A DNA stretch of 64,000 nt from Mytilus galloprovincialis (Eukaryota), in NCBI RefSeq assembly GCF_965363235.1, contig NC_134841.1, positions 74,589,723-74,653,722 on the forward strand, read 5' to 3'. The notes under the pieces are model-generated. The model saw only the letters and a list, made by a program, of their open reading frames with translations, did no database searches and was not told where the DNA came from. The position numbers and the translations under genes are program-made. The number at the start of each line of letters is the position of its first letter. Position 1 is the stretch's first letter. Of this stretch, positions 37,215-50,241 are shown one piece after another.

Positions 37215-40200
37215 CTTTACGGTAATTTTCGAACCTTTCCAAGCTCATTTCAAAGGTATTGACCCAAGCTATTCCCCACTTAAATATTTTTCTGGGATCC
37301 GGGCCCGTCTGGCCACCACAGAGGTTCAAAGTTGCCAATTTACGTATTTTCCATATCAACCACACATTCGGTACTCCTCGACATATCCCTACGGCAAAGT
37401 TCCGAACCGGACCTAGCTCATTTCAAAGGTATTGATCCAAGCTATTTGCCAGTTAAATATTTTTCTGGGATCCGGGCCCGTCTGGCCACCACAGAGGTTC
37501 AAAGTTGCCCATTTACGTATTTTCCATATCAACAACACATTCGGTACTCCTCGACATATCCCTACGGCAAAGTTCCGAACCGGACCTAGCTCATTTTAAA
37601 GGCATTGACCCAAGCTATTCCCACTTAAATATTTTTCTGGGATCCGGGCCCGTCTGGCCACCACAGAGGTTCAAAGGTGCCCCTTAACGTAATTTTCCGT
37701 ATTAACCATATGCATACATTCGGTACTTTTCGGCATATACCAACGGCAAAGTTCCGAACCGGACCTAGCTCATTTTAAAGGTATTGACCCAAGCTATTCC
37801 CCACTTAAATATTTTTCTGGGATCCGGGCCCGTCTGGCCACCACAGAGGTTCAAAGTTGCCAATTTACGTATTTTCCATATCAACCACACATTCGGTACT
37901 CCTCGACATATCCCTACGGCAAAGTTCCGAACCGGACCTAGCTCATTTCAAAGGTATTGATCCAAGCTATTTGCCAGTTAAATATTTTTCTGGGATCCGG
38001 GCCCGTCTGGCCACCACAGAGGTTCAAAGTTGCCCATTTACGTATTTTCCATATCAACAACACATTCGGTACTCCTCGACATATCCCTACGGCAAAGTTC
38101 CGAACCGGACCTAGCTCATTTTAAAGGCATTGACCCAAGCTATTCCCCACTTAAATATTTTTCTGGGATCCGGGCCCGTCTGGCCACCACAGAGGTTCAA
38201 AGGTGCCCCTTAACGTAATTTTCCGTATTAACCATATGCATACATTCGGTACTTTTCGGCATATACCAACGGCAAAGTTCCGAACCGGACCTAGCTCATT
38301 TTAAAGGTATTGACCCAAGCTATTCCCCACTTAAATATTTTTCTGGGATCCGGGCCCGTCTGGCCACCACAGAGGTTCAAAGTTGCCAATTTACGTATTT
38401 TCCATATCAACCACACATTCGGTACTCCTCGACATATCCCTACGGCAAAGTTCCGAACCGGACCTAGCTCATTTCAAAGGTATTGATCCAAGCTATTTGC
38501 CAGTTAAATATTTTTCTGGGATCCGGGCCCGTCTGGCCACCACAGAGGTTCAAAGTTGCCCATTTACGTATTTTCCATATCAACAACACATTCGGTACTC
38601 CTCGACATATCCCTACGGCAAAGTTCCGAACCGGACCTAGCTCATTTTAAAGGCATTGACCCAAGCTATTCCCCACTTAAATATTTTTCTGGGATCCGGG
38701 ACCGTCTGGCCACCACAGAGGTTCAAAGGTGCCCCTTAACGTAATTTTCCGTATTAACCATATGCATACATTCGGTACTTTTCGGCATATACCAACGGCA
38801 AAGTTCCGAACCGGACCTAGCTCATTTTAAAGGTATTGACCCAAGCTATTCCCCACTTAAATATTTTTCTGGGATCCGGGCCCGTCTGGCCACCACAGAG
38901 GTTCAAAGTTGCCAATTTACGTATTTTCCATATCAACCACACATTCGGTACTCCTCGACATATCCCTACGGCAAAGTTCCGAACCGGACCTAGCTCATTT
39001 CAAAGGTATTGATCCAAGCTATTTGCCAGTTAAATATTTTTCTGGGATCCGGGCCCGTCTGGCCACCACAGAGGTTCAAAGTTGCCCATTTACGTATTTT
39101 CCATATCAACAACACATTCGGTACTCCTCGACATATCCCTACGGCAAAGTTCCGAACCGGACCTAGCTCATTTTAAAGGCATTGACCCAAGCTATTCCCC
39201 ACTTAAATATTTTTCTGGGATCCGGGCCCGTCTGGCCACCACAGAGGTTCAAAGGTGCCCCTTAACGTAATTTTCCGTATTAACCATATGCATACATTCG
39301 GTACTTTTCGGCATATACCAACGGCAAAGTTCCGAACCGGACCTAGCTCATTTTAAAGGTATTGACCCAAGCTATTCCCCACTTAAATATTTTTCTGGGA
39401 TCCGGGCCCGTCTGGCCACCACAGAGGTTCAAAGTTGCCAATTTACGTATTTTCCATATCAACCACACATTCGGTACTCCTCGACATATCCCTACGGCAA
39501 AGTTCCGAACCGGACCTAGCTCATTTCAAAGGTATTGATCCAAGCTATTTGCCAGTTAAATATTTTTCTGGGATCCGGGCCCGTCTGGCCACCACAGAGG
39601 TTCAAAGTTGCCCATTTACGTATTTTCCATATCAACAACACATTCGGTACTCCTCGACATATCCCTACGGCAAAGTTCCGAACCGGACCTAGCTCATTTT
39701 AAAGGCATTGACCCAAGCTATTCCCCACTTAAATATTTTTCTGGGATCCGGGCCCGTCTGGCCACCACAGAGGTTCAAAGGTGCCCCTTAACGTAATTTT
39801 CCGTATTAACCATATGCATACATTCGGTACTTTTCGGCATATACCAACGGCAAAGTTCCGAACCGGACCTAGCTCATTTTAAAGGTATTGACCCAAGCTA
39901 TTCCCCACTTAAATATTTTTCTGGGATCCGGGCCCGTCTGGCCACCACAGAGGTTCAAAGTTGCCAATTTACGTATTTTCCATATCAACCACACATTCGG
40001 TACTCCTCGACATATCCCTACGGCAAAGTTCCGAACCGGACCTAGCTCATTTCAAAGGTATTGATCCAAGCTATTTGCCAGTTAAATATTTTTCTGGGAT
40101 CCGGGCCCGTCTGGCCACCACAGAGGTTCAAAGTTGCCCATTTACGTATTTTCCATATCAACAACACATTCGGTACTCCTCGACATATCCCTACGGCAAA

Positions 40201-43200
40201 GTTCCGAACCGGACCTAGCTCATTTTAAAGGCATTGACCCAAGCTATTCCCCACTTAAATATTTTTCTGGGATCCGGGCCCGTCTGGCCACCACAGAGGT
40301 TCAAAGGTGCCCCTTAACGTAATTTTCCGTATTAACCATATGCATACATTCGGTACTTTTCGGCATATACCAACGGCAAAGTTCCGAACCGGACCTAGCT
40401 CATTTTAAAGGTATTGACCCAAGCTATTCCCCACTTAAATATTTTTCTGGGATCCGGGCCCGTCTGGCCACCACAGAGGTTCAAAGTTGCCAATTTACGT
40501 ATTTTCCATATCAACCACACATTCGGTACTCCTCGACATATCCCTACGGCAAAGTTCCGAACCGGACCTAGCTCATTTCAAAGGTATTGATCCAAGCTAT
40601 TTGCCAGTTAAATATTTTTCTGGGATCCGGGCCCGTCTGGCCACCACAGAGGTTCAAAGTTGCCCATTTACGTATTTTCCATATCAACAACACATTCGGT
40701 ACTCCTCGACATATCCCTACGGCAAAGTTCCGAACCGGACCTAGCTCATTTTAAAGGCATTGACCCAAGCTATTCCCCACTTAAATATTTTTCTGGGATC
40801 CGGGCCCGTCTGGCCACCACAGAGGTTCAAAGGTGCCCCTTAACGTAATTTTCCGTATTAACCATATGCATACATTCGGTACTTTTCGGCATATACCAAC
40901 GGCAAAGTTCCGAACCGGACCTAGCTCATTTTAAAGGTATTGACCCAAGCTATTCCCCACTTAAATATTTTTCTGGGATCCGGGCCCGTCTGGCCACCAC
41001 AGAGGTTCAAAGTTGCAAATTTACGTATTTTCCATATCAACCACACATTCGGTACTCCTCGACATATCCCTACGGCAAAGTTCCGAACCGGACCTAGCTC
41101 ATTTCAAAGGTATTGATCCAAGCTATTTGCCAGTTAAATATTTTTCTGGGATCCGGGCCCGTCTGGCCACCACAGAGGTTCAAAGTTGCCCATTTACGTA
41201 TTTTCCATATCAACAACACATTCGGTACTCCTCGACATATCCCTACGGCAAAGTTCCGAACCGGACCTAGCTCATTTTAAAGGCATTGACCCAAGCTATT
41301 CCCCACTTAAATATTTTTCTGGGATCCGGGACTGTCTGGCCACCACAGAGGTTCAAAGGTGCCCCTTAACGTAATTTTCCGTATTAACCATATGCATACA
41401 TTCGGTACTTTTCGGCATATACCAACGGCAAAGTTCCGAACCGGACCTAGCTCATTTTAAAGGTATTGACCCAAGCTATTCCCCACTTAAATATTTTTCT
41501 GGGATCCGGGCCCGTCTGGCCACCACAGAGGTTCAAAGTTGCCAATTTACGTATTTTCCATATCAACCACACATTCGGTACTCCTCGACATATCCCTACG
41601 GCAAAGTTCCGAACCGGACCTAGCTCATTTCAAAGGTATTGATCCAAGCTATTTGCCAGTTAAATATTTTTCTGGGATCCGGGCCCGTCTGGCCACCACA
41701 GAGGTTCAAAGTTGCCCATTTACGTATTTTCCATATCAACAACACATTCGGTACTCCTCGACATATCCCTACGGCAAAGTTCCGAACCGGACCTAGCTCA
41801 TTTTAAAGGCATTGACCCAAGCTATTCCCCACTTAAATATTTTTCTGGGATCCGGGCCCGTCTGGCCACCACAGAGGTTCAAAGGTGCCCCTTAACGTAA
41901 TTTTCCGTATTAACCATATGCATACATTCGGTACTTTTCGGCATATACCAACGGCAAAGTTCCGAACCGGACCTAGCTCATTTTAAAGGTATTGACCCAA
42001 GCTATTCCCCACTTAAATATTTTTCTGGGATCCGGGCCCGTCTGGCCACCACAGAGGTTCAAAGTTGCCAATTTACGTATTTTCCATATCAACCACACAT
42101 TCGGTACTCCTCGACATATCCCTACGGCAAAGTTCCGAACCGGACCTAGCTCATTTCAAAGGTATTGATCCAAGCTATTTGCCAGTTAAATATTTTTCTG
42201 GGATCCGGGCCCGTCTGGCCACCACAGAGGTTCAAAGTTGCCCATTTACGTATTTTCCATATCAACAACACATTCGGTACTCCTCGACATATCCCTACGG
42301 CAAAGTTCCGAACCGGACCTAGCTCATTTTAAAGGCATTGACCCAAGCTATTCCCCACTTAAATATTTTTCTGGGATCCGGGCCCGTCTGGCCACCACAG
42401 AGGTTCAAAGGTGCCCCTTAACGTAATTTTCCGTATTAACCATATGCATACATTCGGTACTTTTCGGCATATACCAACGGCAAAGTTCCGAACCGGACCT
42501 AGCTCATTTTAAAGGTATTGACCCAAGCTATTCCCCACTTAAATATTTTTCTGGGATCCGGGCCCGTCTGGCCACCACAGAGGTTCAAAGTTGCCAATTT
42601 ACGTATTTTCCATATCAACCACACATTCGGTACTCCTCGACATATCCCTACGGCAAAGTTCCGAACCGGACCTAGCTCATTTCAAAGGTATTGATCCAAG
42701 CTATTTGCCAGTTAAATATTTTTCTGGGATCCGGGCCCGTCTGGCCACCACAGAGGTTCAAAGTTGCCCATTTACGTATTTTCCATATCAACAACACATT
42801 CGGTACTCCTCGACATATCCCTACGGCAAAGTTCCGAACCGGACCTAGCTCATTTTAAAGGCATTGACCCAAGCTATTCCCCACTTAAATATTTTTCTGG
42901 GATCCGGGCCCGTCTGGCCACCACAGAGGTTCAAAGGTGCCCCTTAACGTAATTTTCCGTATTAACCATATGCATACATTCGGTACTTTTCGGCATATAC
43001 CAACGGCAAAGTTCCGAACCGGACCTAGCTCATTTTAAAGGTATTGACCCAAGCTATTCCCCACTTAAATATTTTTCTGGGATCCGGGCCCGTCTGGCCA
43101 CCACAGAGGTTCAAAGTTGCAAATTTACGTATTTTCCATATCAACCACACATTCGGTACTCCTCGACATATCCCTACGGCAAAGTTCCGAACCGGACCTA

Positions 43201-44694
43201 GCTCATTTCAAAGGTATTGATCCAAGCTATTTGCCAGTTAAATATTTTTCTGGGATCCGGGCCCGTCTGGCCACCACAGAGGTTCAAAGTTGCCCATTTA
43301 CGTATTTTCCATATCAACAACACATTCGGTACTCCTCGACATATCCCTACGGCAAAGTTCCGAACCGGACCTAGCTCATTTTAAAGGCATTGACCCAAGC
43401 TATTCCCCACTTAAATATTTTTCTGGGATCCGGGACTGTCTGGCCACCACAGAGGTTCAAAGGTGCCCCTTAACGTAATTTTCCGTATTAACCATATGCA
43501 TACATTCGGTACTTTTCGGCATATACCAACGGCAAAGTTCCGAACCGGACCTAGCTCATTTTAAAGGTATTGACCCAAGCTATTCCCCACTTAAATATTT
43601 TTCTGGGATCCGGGCCCGTCTGGCCACCACAGAGGTTCAAAGTTGCCAATTTACGTATTTTCCATATCAACCACACATTCGGTACTCCTCGACATATCCC
43701 TACGGCAAAGTTCCGAACCGGACCTAGCTCATTTCAAAGGTATTGATCCAAGCTATTTGCCAGTTAAATATTTTTCTGGGATCCGGGCCCGTCTGGCCAC
43801 CACAGAGGTTCAAAGTTGCCCATTTACGTATTTTCCATATCAACAACACATTCGGTACTCCTCGACATATCCCTACGGCAAAGTTCCGAACCGGACCTAG
43901 CTCATTTTAAAGGCATTGACCCAAGCTATTCCCCACTTAAATATTTTTCTGGGATCCGGGCCCGTCTGGCCACCACAGAGGTTCAAAGGTGCCCCTTAAC
44001 GTAATTTTCCGTATTAACCATATGCATACATTCGGTACTTTTCGGCATATACCAACGGCAAAGTTCCGAACCGGACCTAGCTCATTTTAAAGGTATTGAC
44101 CCAAGCTATTCCCCACTTAAATATTTTTCTGGGATCCGGGCCCGTCTGGCCACCACAGAGGTTCAAAGTTGCCAATTTACGTATTTTCCATATCAACCAC
44201 ACATTCGGTACTCCTCGACATATCCCTACGGCAAAGTTCCGAACCGGACCTAGCTCATTTCAAAGGTATTGATCCAAGCTATTTGCCAGTTAAATATTTT
44301 TCTGGGATCCGGGCCCGTCTGGCCACCACAGAGGTTCAAAGTTGCCCATTTACGTATTTTCCATATCAACAACACATTCGGTACTCCTCGACATATCCCT
44401 ACGGCAAAGTTCCGAACCGGACCTAGCTCATTTTAAAGGCATTGACCCAAGCTATTCCCCACTTAAATATTTTTCTGGGATCCGGGCCCGTCTGGCCACC
44501 ACAGAGGTTCAAAGGTGCCCCTTAACGTAATTTTCCGTATTAACCATATGCATACATTCGGTACTTTTCGGCATATACCAACGGCAAAGTTCCGAACCGG
44601 ACCTAGCTCATTTTAAAGGTATTGACCCAAGCTATTCCCCACTTAAATATTTTTCTGGGATCCGGGCCCGTCTGGCCACCACAGAGGTCCAAAG
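37215..44694 (+). repeat. Satellite array: 526-bp higher-order repeat, ~14 copies, same 3-monomer HOR as the minus array; ends at the conserved flank junction
   Basis: ORF track spacing is 526 nt (37857, 38383, 38909 ...). Linked variants (gttgcAaattt plus gggacTgtc) recur at 41013/41186 and 43117/43290. That is a 2104-bp (4-HOR) super-repeat. Confidence 0.92.
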
Positions 44695-45333
44695 TCGTCT
44701 TAGGGTGGTCACCGTCATTTAAGCAGTCTCTGGTAGTTGTTCACTATTAATGTCTTTTCTTTTTTGGCTTTCCATAAGTATTTCTATGTATATTTCTATA
44801 TGTTTCTGGAGTAATTGGATTTTGTTTCATATTTTATATATTAAATTACATCTTTGGTGAATCCTCTGTAATGTTTTATTGATAAAAATCTATATAACAT
44901 AAAGACAAATATGCAACTTGTATCAGGGTTTATATTCGAGGACAACGAAAATTTATGACAGCTTGAAGAGGTCATAGAATGGTATTATTTCCCTCAGGCT
45001 TCATAGTGATAGTGATTGTCAACTAAATTTAAATATTGAACCGACGACTAGCAGTCGGTTGGATATTCAATATCAATTATCGAATGTCAAATAAAGGACA
45101 GACCGCTTACATACATATTTAAAACGGAATGAAATGCTTTAGAAATTAGCAGAAACCGTGAAATTGTCGATTTCCGCTGTTAGATTGCATTTAACTAAGA
45201 TTTAGCGATTTTTGGAACGTTTGAGCCTCACGCAGTTTTTTGGTTTTTAGACATATCGTCAAAATTGGCTGCTGGAAAAAAGTGGCTGCTATCTTGATTG
45301 GCCGATAAAAGTGGCTGCCAGCTTGAGTCTGGT
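44695..45333 (+). mobile_element. Satellite-flanking module, copy 3
   Basis: Near-identical to 4725-5355. Diverges from the other copies immediately after ...gcttgagtctggt. Confidence 0.6.
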
Positions 45334-45599
45334 AATACTTGTGCTAAATGGAAACTGTATTGGCAAACAATATCTATCTTGCTGATCATATTAACTGGAT
45401 GCATTTCTGTATATATGTTTCTATATAAATAATTCGTCTAAACATCAGCCAAACAATGTTAGATCTGTAAATTTGCTTTCGCAATTTTTTTGTTCTTCCC
45501 TCGCCGGGATTCGAACTCGTGCTACTGAGATATCGTGACACCAAATCGCCAAAATGACAACAGTAAACTCCAGCTTCTTAGAAAATTCACTGAACAGTG

Positions 45600-46100
45600 T
45601 AGATTGAGCAACAAGAACCATACCACAACTAGCTGGAGTTGAGCTCTGTATGCGAGATTTTTATTTACAGAATCAAGGCAAATTGGACACTTATTTTTCA
45701 TTCAAAAGGTCATTTCACTAAGAAAATTATTTAGATTTAAAGCACCCACAAAAACATTTGTTAACAAAATACAGACTCAGCAATCACTGTTTAAGAATAG
45801 AAACTGGCAGACATGAACGAACTACCAATGTATGTGGTAAAAATGAAATATTACCTCGACATGAGAGGTAATTCAAATTGTATTGAAAATGAAATGCACT
45901 TTCTTCTGGAATGCCCTCTTTACAATAACCTCAGAAGAGATATGACTGATCAAATAAAAAAATACCCCAGTTTAGATAATTTAAATAGAAAAGATCTTTT
46001 TTCATGGATCATGATTAATGAAGATAGCAGATTTTTATCTATTTTATGTGCATACCTCGATAAAGGCCTGCAACTAAGGAATCAGAAAATTAGTTAACTT
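45600..46100 (+). mobile_element. 3' fragment of a non-LTR retrotransposon (LINE) ORF2 C-terminus, frameshifted
   Basis: ...LTKYRLSNHCLRIETGRHERTTNVCGKNEI.. (about 45740-45830), then ORF 45813-46097 ...CIENEMHFLLECPLYNNLRRDM... This matches the typical LINE ORF2 tail pattern (R.S.H.L.IE.GR ... C..C...E...H.LL.CP.Y...R). Confidence 0.4.
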
Positions 46101-46839
46101 AAATACTCTAATAGATATCAAAATTATCTCCCCTTAATTGTAATTTATGTCATACAATTTTGTAATTATAATGTTATGCATTGCTCTTAAATGGGCCCTT
46201 TAATTTGGAAAATAAAAATATTGTAAATATTGTATTGTATGACTAGATGTGTGAAATATTATCATAGCAATAGTCAAATTGAATGTCATTTGTTTTATAT
46301 CTTTTACCTGATTTCAGAGATGGATTAAATGTAAGATGTCAAGAACCAGGAAGGTTAAAAGTGTGCATAGAGACGACAGATTACACGTGACTTTTATTTT
46401 TAAATTGACGAATCAAACGGTGGACTATGTTAAATTTAAGTGTCATTTATAATGGATGAAAGTTAATCCAGAAGCATTGGTGAATAAAAGCAGATGGCAA
46501 TAAAATTAATATAACTCTAATGAAGATGTATATGTATATTAATATAAAAGAGGAACATCTAGATTAAAATACAGATCGATATATAACTTTTTTTAGTTCA
46601 TCGAAGTTATGGAAATAGTAAAATCACATATTTCTATCTCAATTTCAAAAAGCACCAAATATTAATTGATTCGTTGATTGATGGTTGCTTAAAGTCGAGT
46701 GACAAATATTTCATGCATGTTCAGAACGAATGTGTCCCTGGGACAAAGATGATGCCCCCGCTTGGATATAAGCTCGGATATAAGATTATAAAGAGACATA
46801 ACTCAAGATAGGTAAAAGTGACAAGTCAACACCCAAATG

Positions 46840-47480
46840 TGTGATTAATCTGTGTTTTGTGGTATTAAGCATCGTTTATTAGTTTCATAACATTTTCTTG
46901 AGGAAAACTTAGTAAGAGAACAAAAACGAAAAATTCAATTTTTCCATTTGTAAAGGGGCCTAACTCTAGAACAGTAAAAATGAGGTCACCAAAATTCAAA
47001 CATAATCTATGTTTTGTGGTAATAAGCTTATAATGAGGGTTTGGATGGGATTAAATGATTAAAGAATAAGTCCCTTAAAAAATGAAGATTACAGAATAAT
47101 GGGCAAAAAAAAAATGAAGATTAGAGAAAAAAGGGGTTATTTTTTTGAAGATTAGAGAAAAAAGGGGTTAATTTTTTAAAGATTAGAAGAAAAAAGGGGT
47201 GAAAATTAAATGTTTACAGAATAACAGACCCCCCCCCCCATCCAGGCCCTCTATAATCATTGCATAATAATTTCATAATATTTAAATGAGGCAAACTAAA
47301 GTAAGAGAAATGAAACGAAAAATTCAGCATTTTTTTCCCATTTATAAAGGGACATAACTGTAGAATAGAAAAAAGTATGGCTTCCAAAGCTCTTAATACT
47401 TGATCTGTGTTTCGTATTAATAAGCATTGTGTTTAAGTTTCATAACATTTGTATGAGGCAAACTAAATTTAGAGAACGGA
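46840..47480. repeat. ~230-bp repeat, about 3 tandem/diverged copies; plus a short ~40-bp tandem (gaagattagagaaaaaaggggtta) at 47100-47200
   Basis: Shared blocks such as gtgttttgtggtaWtaagcat...gtttcataacattt...gaggMaaacttagtaagagaac...cgaaaaattca recur at about 46850, 47000 and 47290-47470. Confidence 0.6.
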
Positions 47481-47735
47481 GACCAATTTTGGTATGTACG
47501 TATGCATAGATGGACAAGGGTAAAACTTAGCGCCCCTCCTTTACGGTGGGGTCATAAAAAAAACCATCACAATAAAAAAATGTCTTTACTTGCGAGAGCT
47601 CTTTATTAATTTTTCACCCATATGATTATTATGTAGATAAAATTTTAGATGAAGGTATTTGACCTAATTCACAAATATTATACATTTAGTTTATCTTTCC
47701 AGTTTTTACTAGACTAAGCCTAAAAGGCTTTCTCA

Positions 47736-49461
47736 GCAGGGGCGTAGCTAGAATGAAACGATGTGGAAGCAACTACAAAAATGTTTGGGACCCTATTATG
47801 CAGAATTTTTTTTTTTTCGGTTTTCGGTCATATATAGGACGGTTAAAAGAGGAGCTATATGTAGATAAAAATTTATGAATGTAAAACTATTAATAAATCT
47901 TCTGAATATAGTAATACATAAACAACACATATTTGTGATACAGAATTTACTCAAAATTGTCCAAAATCTGCTTTTCGGGTCTGGGCAGAAACAAACTTCT
48001 CTATTACTTTGTCAACATTCACACTGAAATCCCGATGAATATGCAGTAATGCTATGTAACTTTCGTTGTTCATTGTCGATCGTACATTTGTTTTCAATTA
48101 CATACGTAGTACCGTGACTGATAGATCTAAGGGCCATCATGGCATGGTAGCACTCGCGAGATGTTATAAACCAGCGTACGTGTTCGGCATCGAGCGACCT
48201 CCCAATTGAATTCGTCAAAATTACATGCTAGGTCAGTTTCGTATGTTTCAGACAATATTGAGATTTGTTCGTTTGTGATATTTCCTACAACACGATGAAG
48301 CAGATACAGCACAAAGAAGCGATTTTCTGATAACTTGACGCGACTCCACTCTCCAGTTGCCTTATCATATGGTCTATGAACGCAAAAAATAATGAGACTT
48401 TCCAATACTGTTTTGGCGTGGTTGCAGGGTGATTGGCTCCGGTAGTCTGTCAACCACATCGCCTCGGCATATTTTCAACGAAATCGAAGGGATCTGATAA
48501 TTCTAATGCCGATTGGTACATCTCATTCCAAACTGATGAACTGTACACTGTAAATGTGCTCCAAAACTACATATCTTAGACTGAGTATTACACATTCAAA
48601 AGTAAAAATCGTGTAAAAGATACAAGTAACCTTCCGATTTTGTCATAATCTCCAAAAAAAAAATTATTTTGAAACCAAATGTCGTTATTTAATGATATTT
48701 CATCAATTAAAAAAAGTGACAACATAGGTGTTTCCTTTAACATTCAATTTATAAATTTTTATTTTGCCATTTCTTTTTTTGCATGCCGAATCAATGTGCA
48801 CGCAACTTCGGAGCTACCGGATCTTTTTCTGAATGAACAGCTTCATCAATACTTGTAGGGAAAACGGTACTATTTATTCTGCCATAGGCGACAATGTTAA
48901 CATTTTCTAAATTTACCACTTTTTAAGATAAAAACCTGGATAAAACAGTTATATGTTGTGTTAGTACTTTATTATTCTGTTTTAAAAATTAAAGCCAAAT
49001 AGTATCATGACCAACTTCCAACGGAGCTTGTTTATGTTATCCATGCCCACCGTCATTTTGCACCAAATTTATGAAATTTTGCAAGTCTTTTCGAATAATT
49101 CTCTAGAAAATATTTCAATAGGTTTTAAAATTTATATTGTAAATATACACACTGCAGTTATTCATAGATAAATAAAAAATATATTGTACCCTTACATCCA
49201 ATCACAGCGCTCCTAATTTGACTTCCTTCACCTGCCTTGGGTACACAAAAGGCCAACCTAATGCTGGGAAAATTAAATACTACCGTTTTCCCTGTAACTA
49301 GGTTTTGTCAAACTAATATCCGGGATAGACGGAAAAAACACCAACAGTCTCCGATTCCGATTGACCAACTCATCTCTCTCTCTCTCTTCTTTTTTTTCTT
49401 TTTTTTTGTGAAAACGACGTGAATGCACGTGCTGTGTCGTGCTTCCGGGTAGCTACGCCCC
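47736..49461. mobile_element. Candidate TIR-bounded element (~1.7 kb) enclosing ORFs 48012-48459 (-)
   Basis: cagcaggggcgtagcta at about 47736-47752 and its reverse complement tagctacgcccctgc at about 49447-49461. Inside, minus-strand ORFs of 110 aa and 68 aa are separated by an apparent frameshift. Confidence 0.3.
48012..48459 (-). CDS. Uncharacterized ORF pair (110 aa plus overlapping 68 aa in another frame), possibly one frameshifted single-exon gene of TE origin
   Basis: ORF track only; no recognisable domain (MWLTDYRSQSPCNHAKTVLESLIIFCVHRPYDKATGEWSRVKLSENRFFVLYLLHRV...). Lies inside a TIR-bounded interval. Confidence 0.2.
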
Positions 49462-49479
49462 TGCCGGGATCTTTTATAG

Positions 49480-49595
49480 CTGACTATGTGGTATGGGCTT
49501 TGCTCATTGTTGAATGCCATACGGTGACTTATAGTTGTTAATTTCTGTGTCATTTGGTCTCTTGTGGGGAGTTGTCTCATTGGCAATCATAACCC
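49480..49595 (+). repeat. Dispersed ~110-bp repeat (SINE/MITE-like); other copies at 55008-55090 (+) and about 60060-60140 (-)
   Basis: ggtatgggctttgNtNattgttgaaNgccNtacggtgacYtatagttgttaatttctgtgtc...gagttgtctcattggcaatcata is shared by the three loci. Confidence 0.55.
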
Positions 49596-50112
49596 ATCTT
49601 CTTTTTTTTTTTTATAAAACCTTAATGTTTCGAATGGTTTTTATACTCTACGAATATCAAATATTCAGAGAATGACTTTATGCCACCAATTGGGAGGGGA
49701 ATTAGACCCTTGATACCCTTTCAGGGCAGACAAAACGTTCACCAGCTGTGATATCGACCTCGGGTTATATAAATAGGATTTTAATGGATTGAAGTTAAAA
49801 ATAATCACTGAAAATTATATTTAGTATGGTCCACAAAAGTTGTAAGTTAATTGCAGATTTGATATCTGTAAAAAAATCTGTTTAAAATATAATTCTAAAA
49901 TTGATTTTCACACGTTATATGTTTGATACTGATAAGATAGTAAAACCGAAACTAGATTTTCAATAAAAGAATTAAAAATAGATTAGAATAAATTTACACT
50001 GGGACTTTTTCCCCCAACTAAGACGTGTCAATGACAGAGTTCTAAATTAAGATTTACCTGTCTGTATATGATGTAATGATACAAATAAGTTGAGAAAACA
50101 ACACAAAATACG

Positions 50113-50241
50113 ATGGGAAGACGCAATAATCGTAGAGAGAGTTCACAAAGAGAAGTGAGATGCTTTGGATATTTTTGCTGTAGAAGTTGTGATCATGAGT
50201 GGACAAGTTCGTATGTCTGGAAAATGTCAGGAACGCTAAAG
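50113..50241 (+). CDS. ZAR1-like (zygote arrest 1-like) gene, exon 1
   Basis: ATG at 50113. Encodes MGRRNNRRESSQREVRCFGYFCCRSCDHEWTSSYVWKMSGTLK. Ends in phase 0 at a GTATTG donor (50242). Confidence 0.55.

Noticed and set aside
13095-44694. Highly regular repeat arrays that could superficially be mistaken for a CRISPR array
   Set aside because: Repeats are ~175 bp and directly abutting, with no unique spacers. The DNA is eukaryotic (introns, LTR and LINE fragments). This is satellite DNA.
45487-45560. tRNA-like T-arm (gagttcgaatcccggcgagggaag on the minus strand) just upstream of the LINE tail
   Set aside because: It has a convincing GTTCGAATCC T-loop but no intact anticodon arm or acceptor stem. 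It is more likely the head of a tRNA-derived SINE than a functional tRNA. tRNAscan-SE would settle it.
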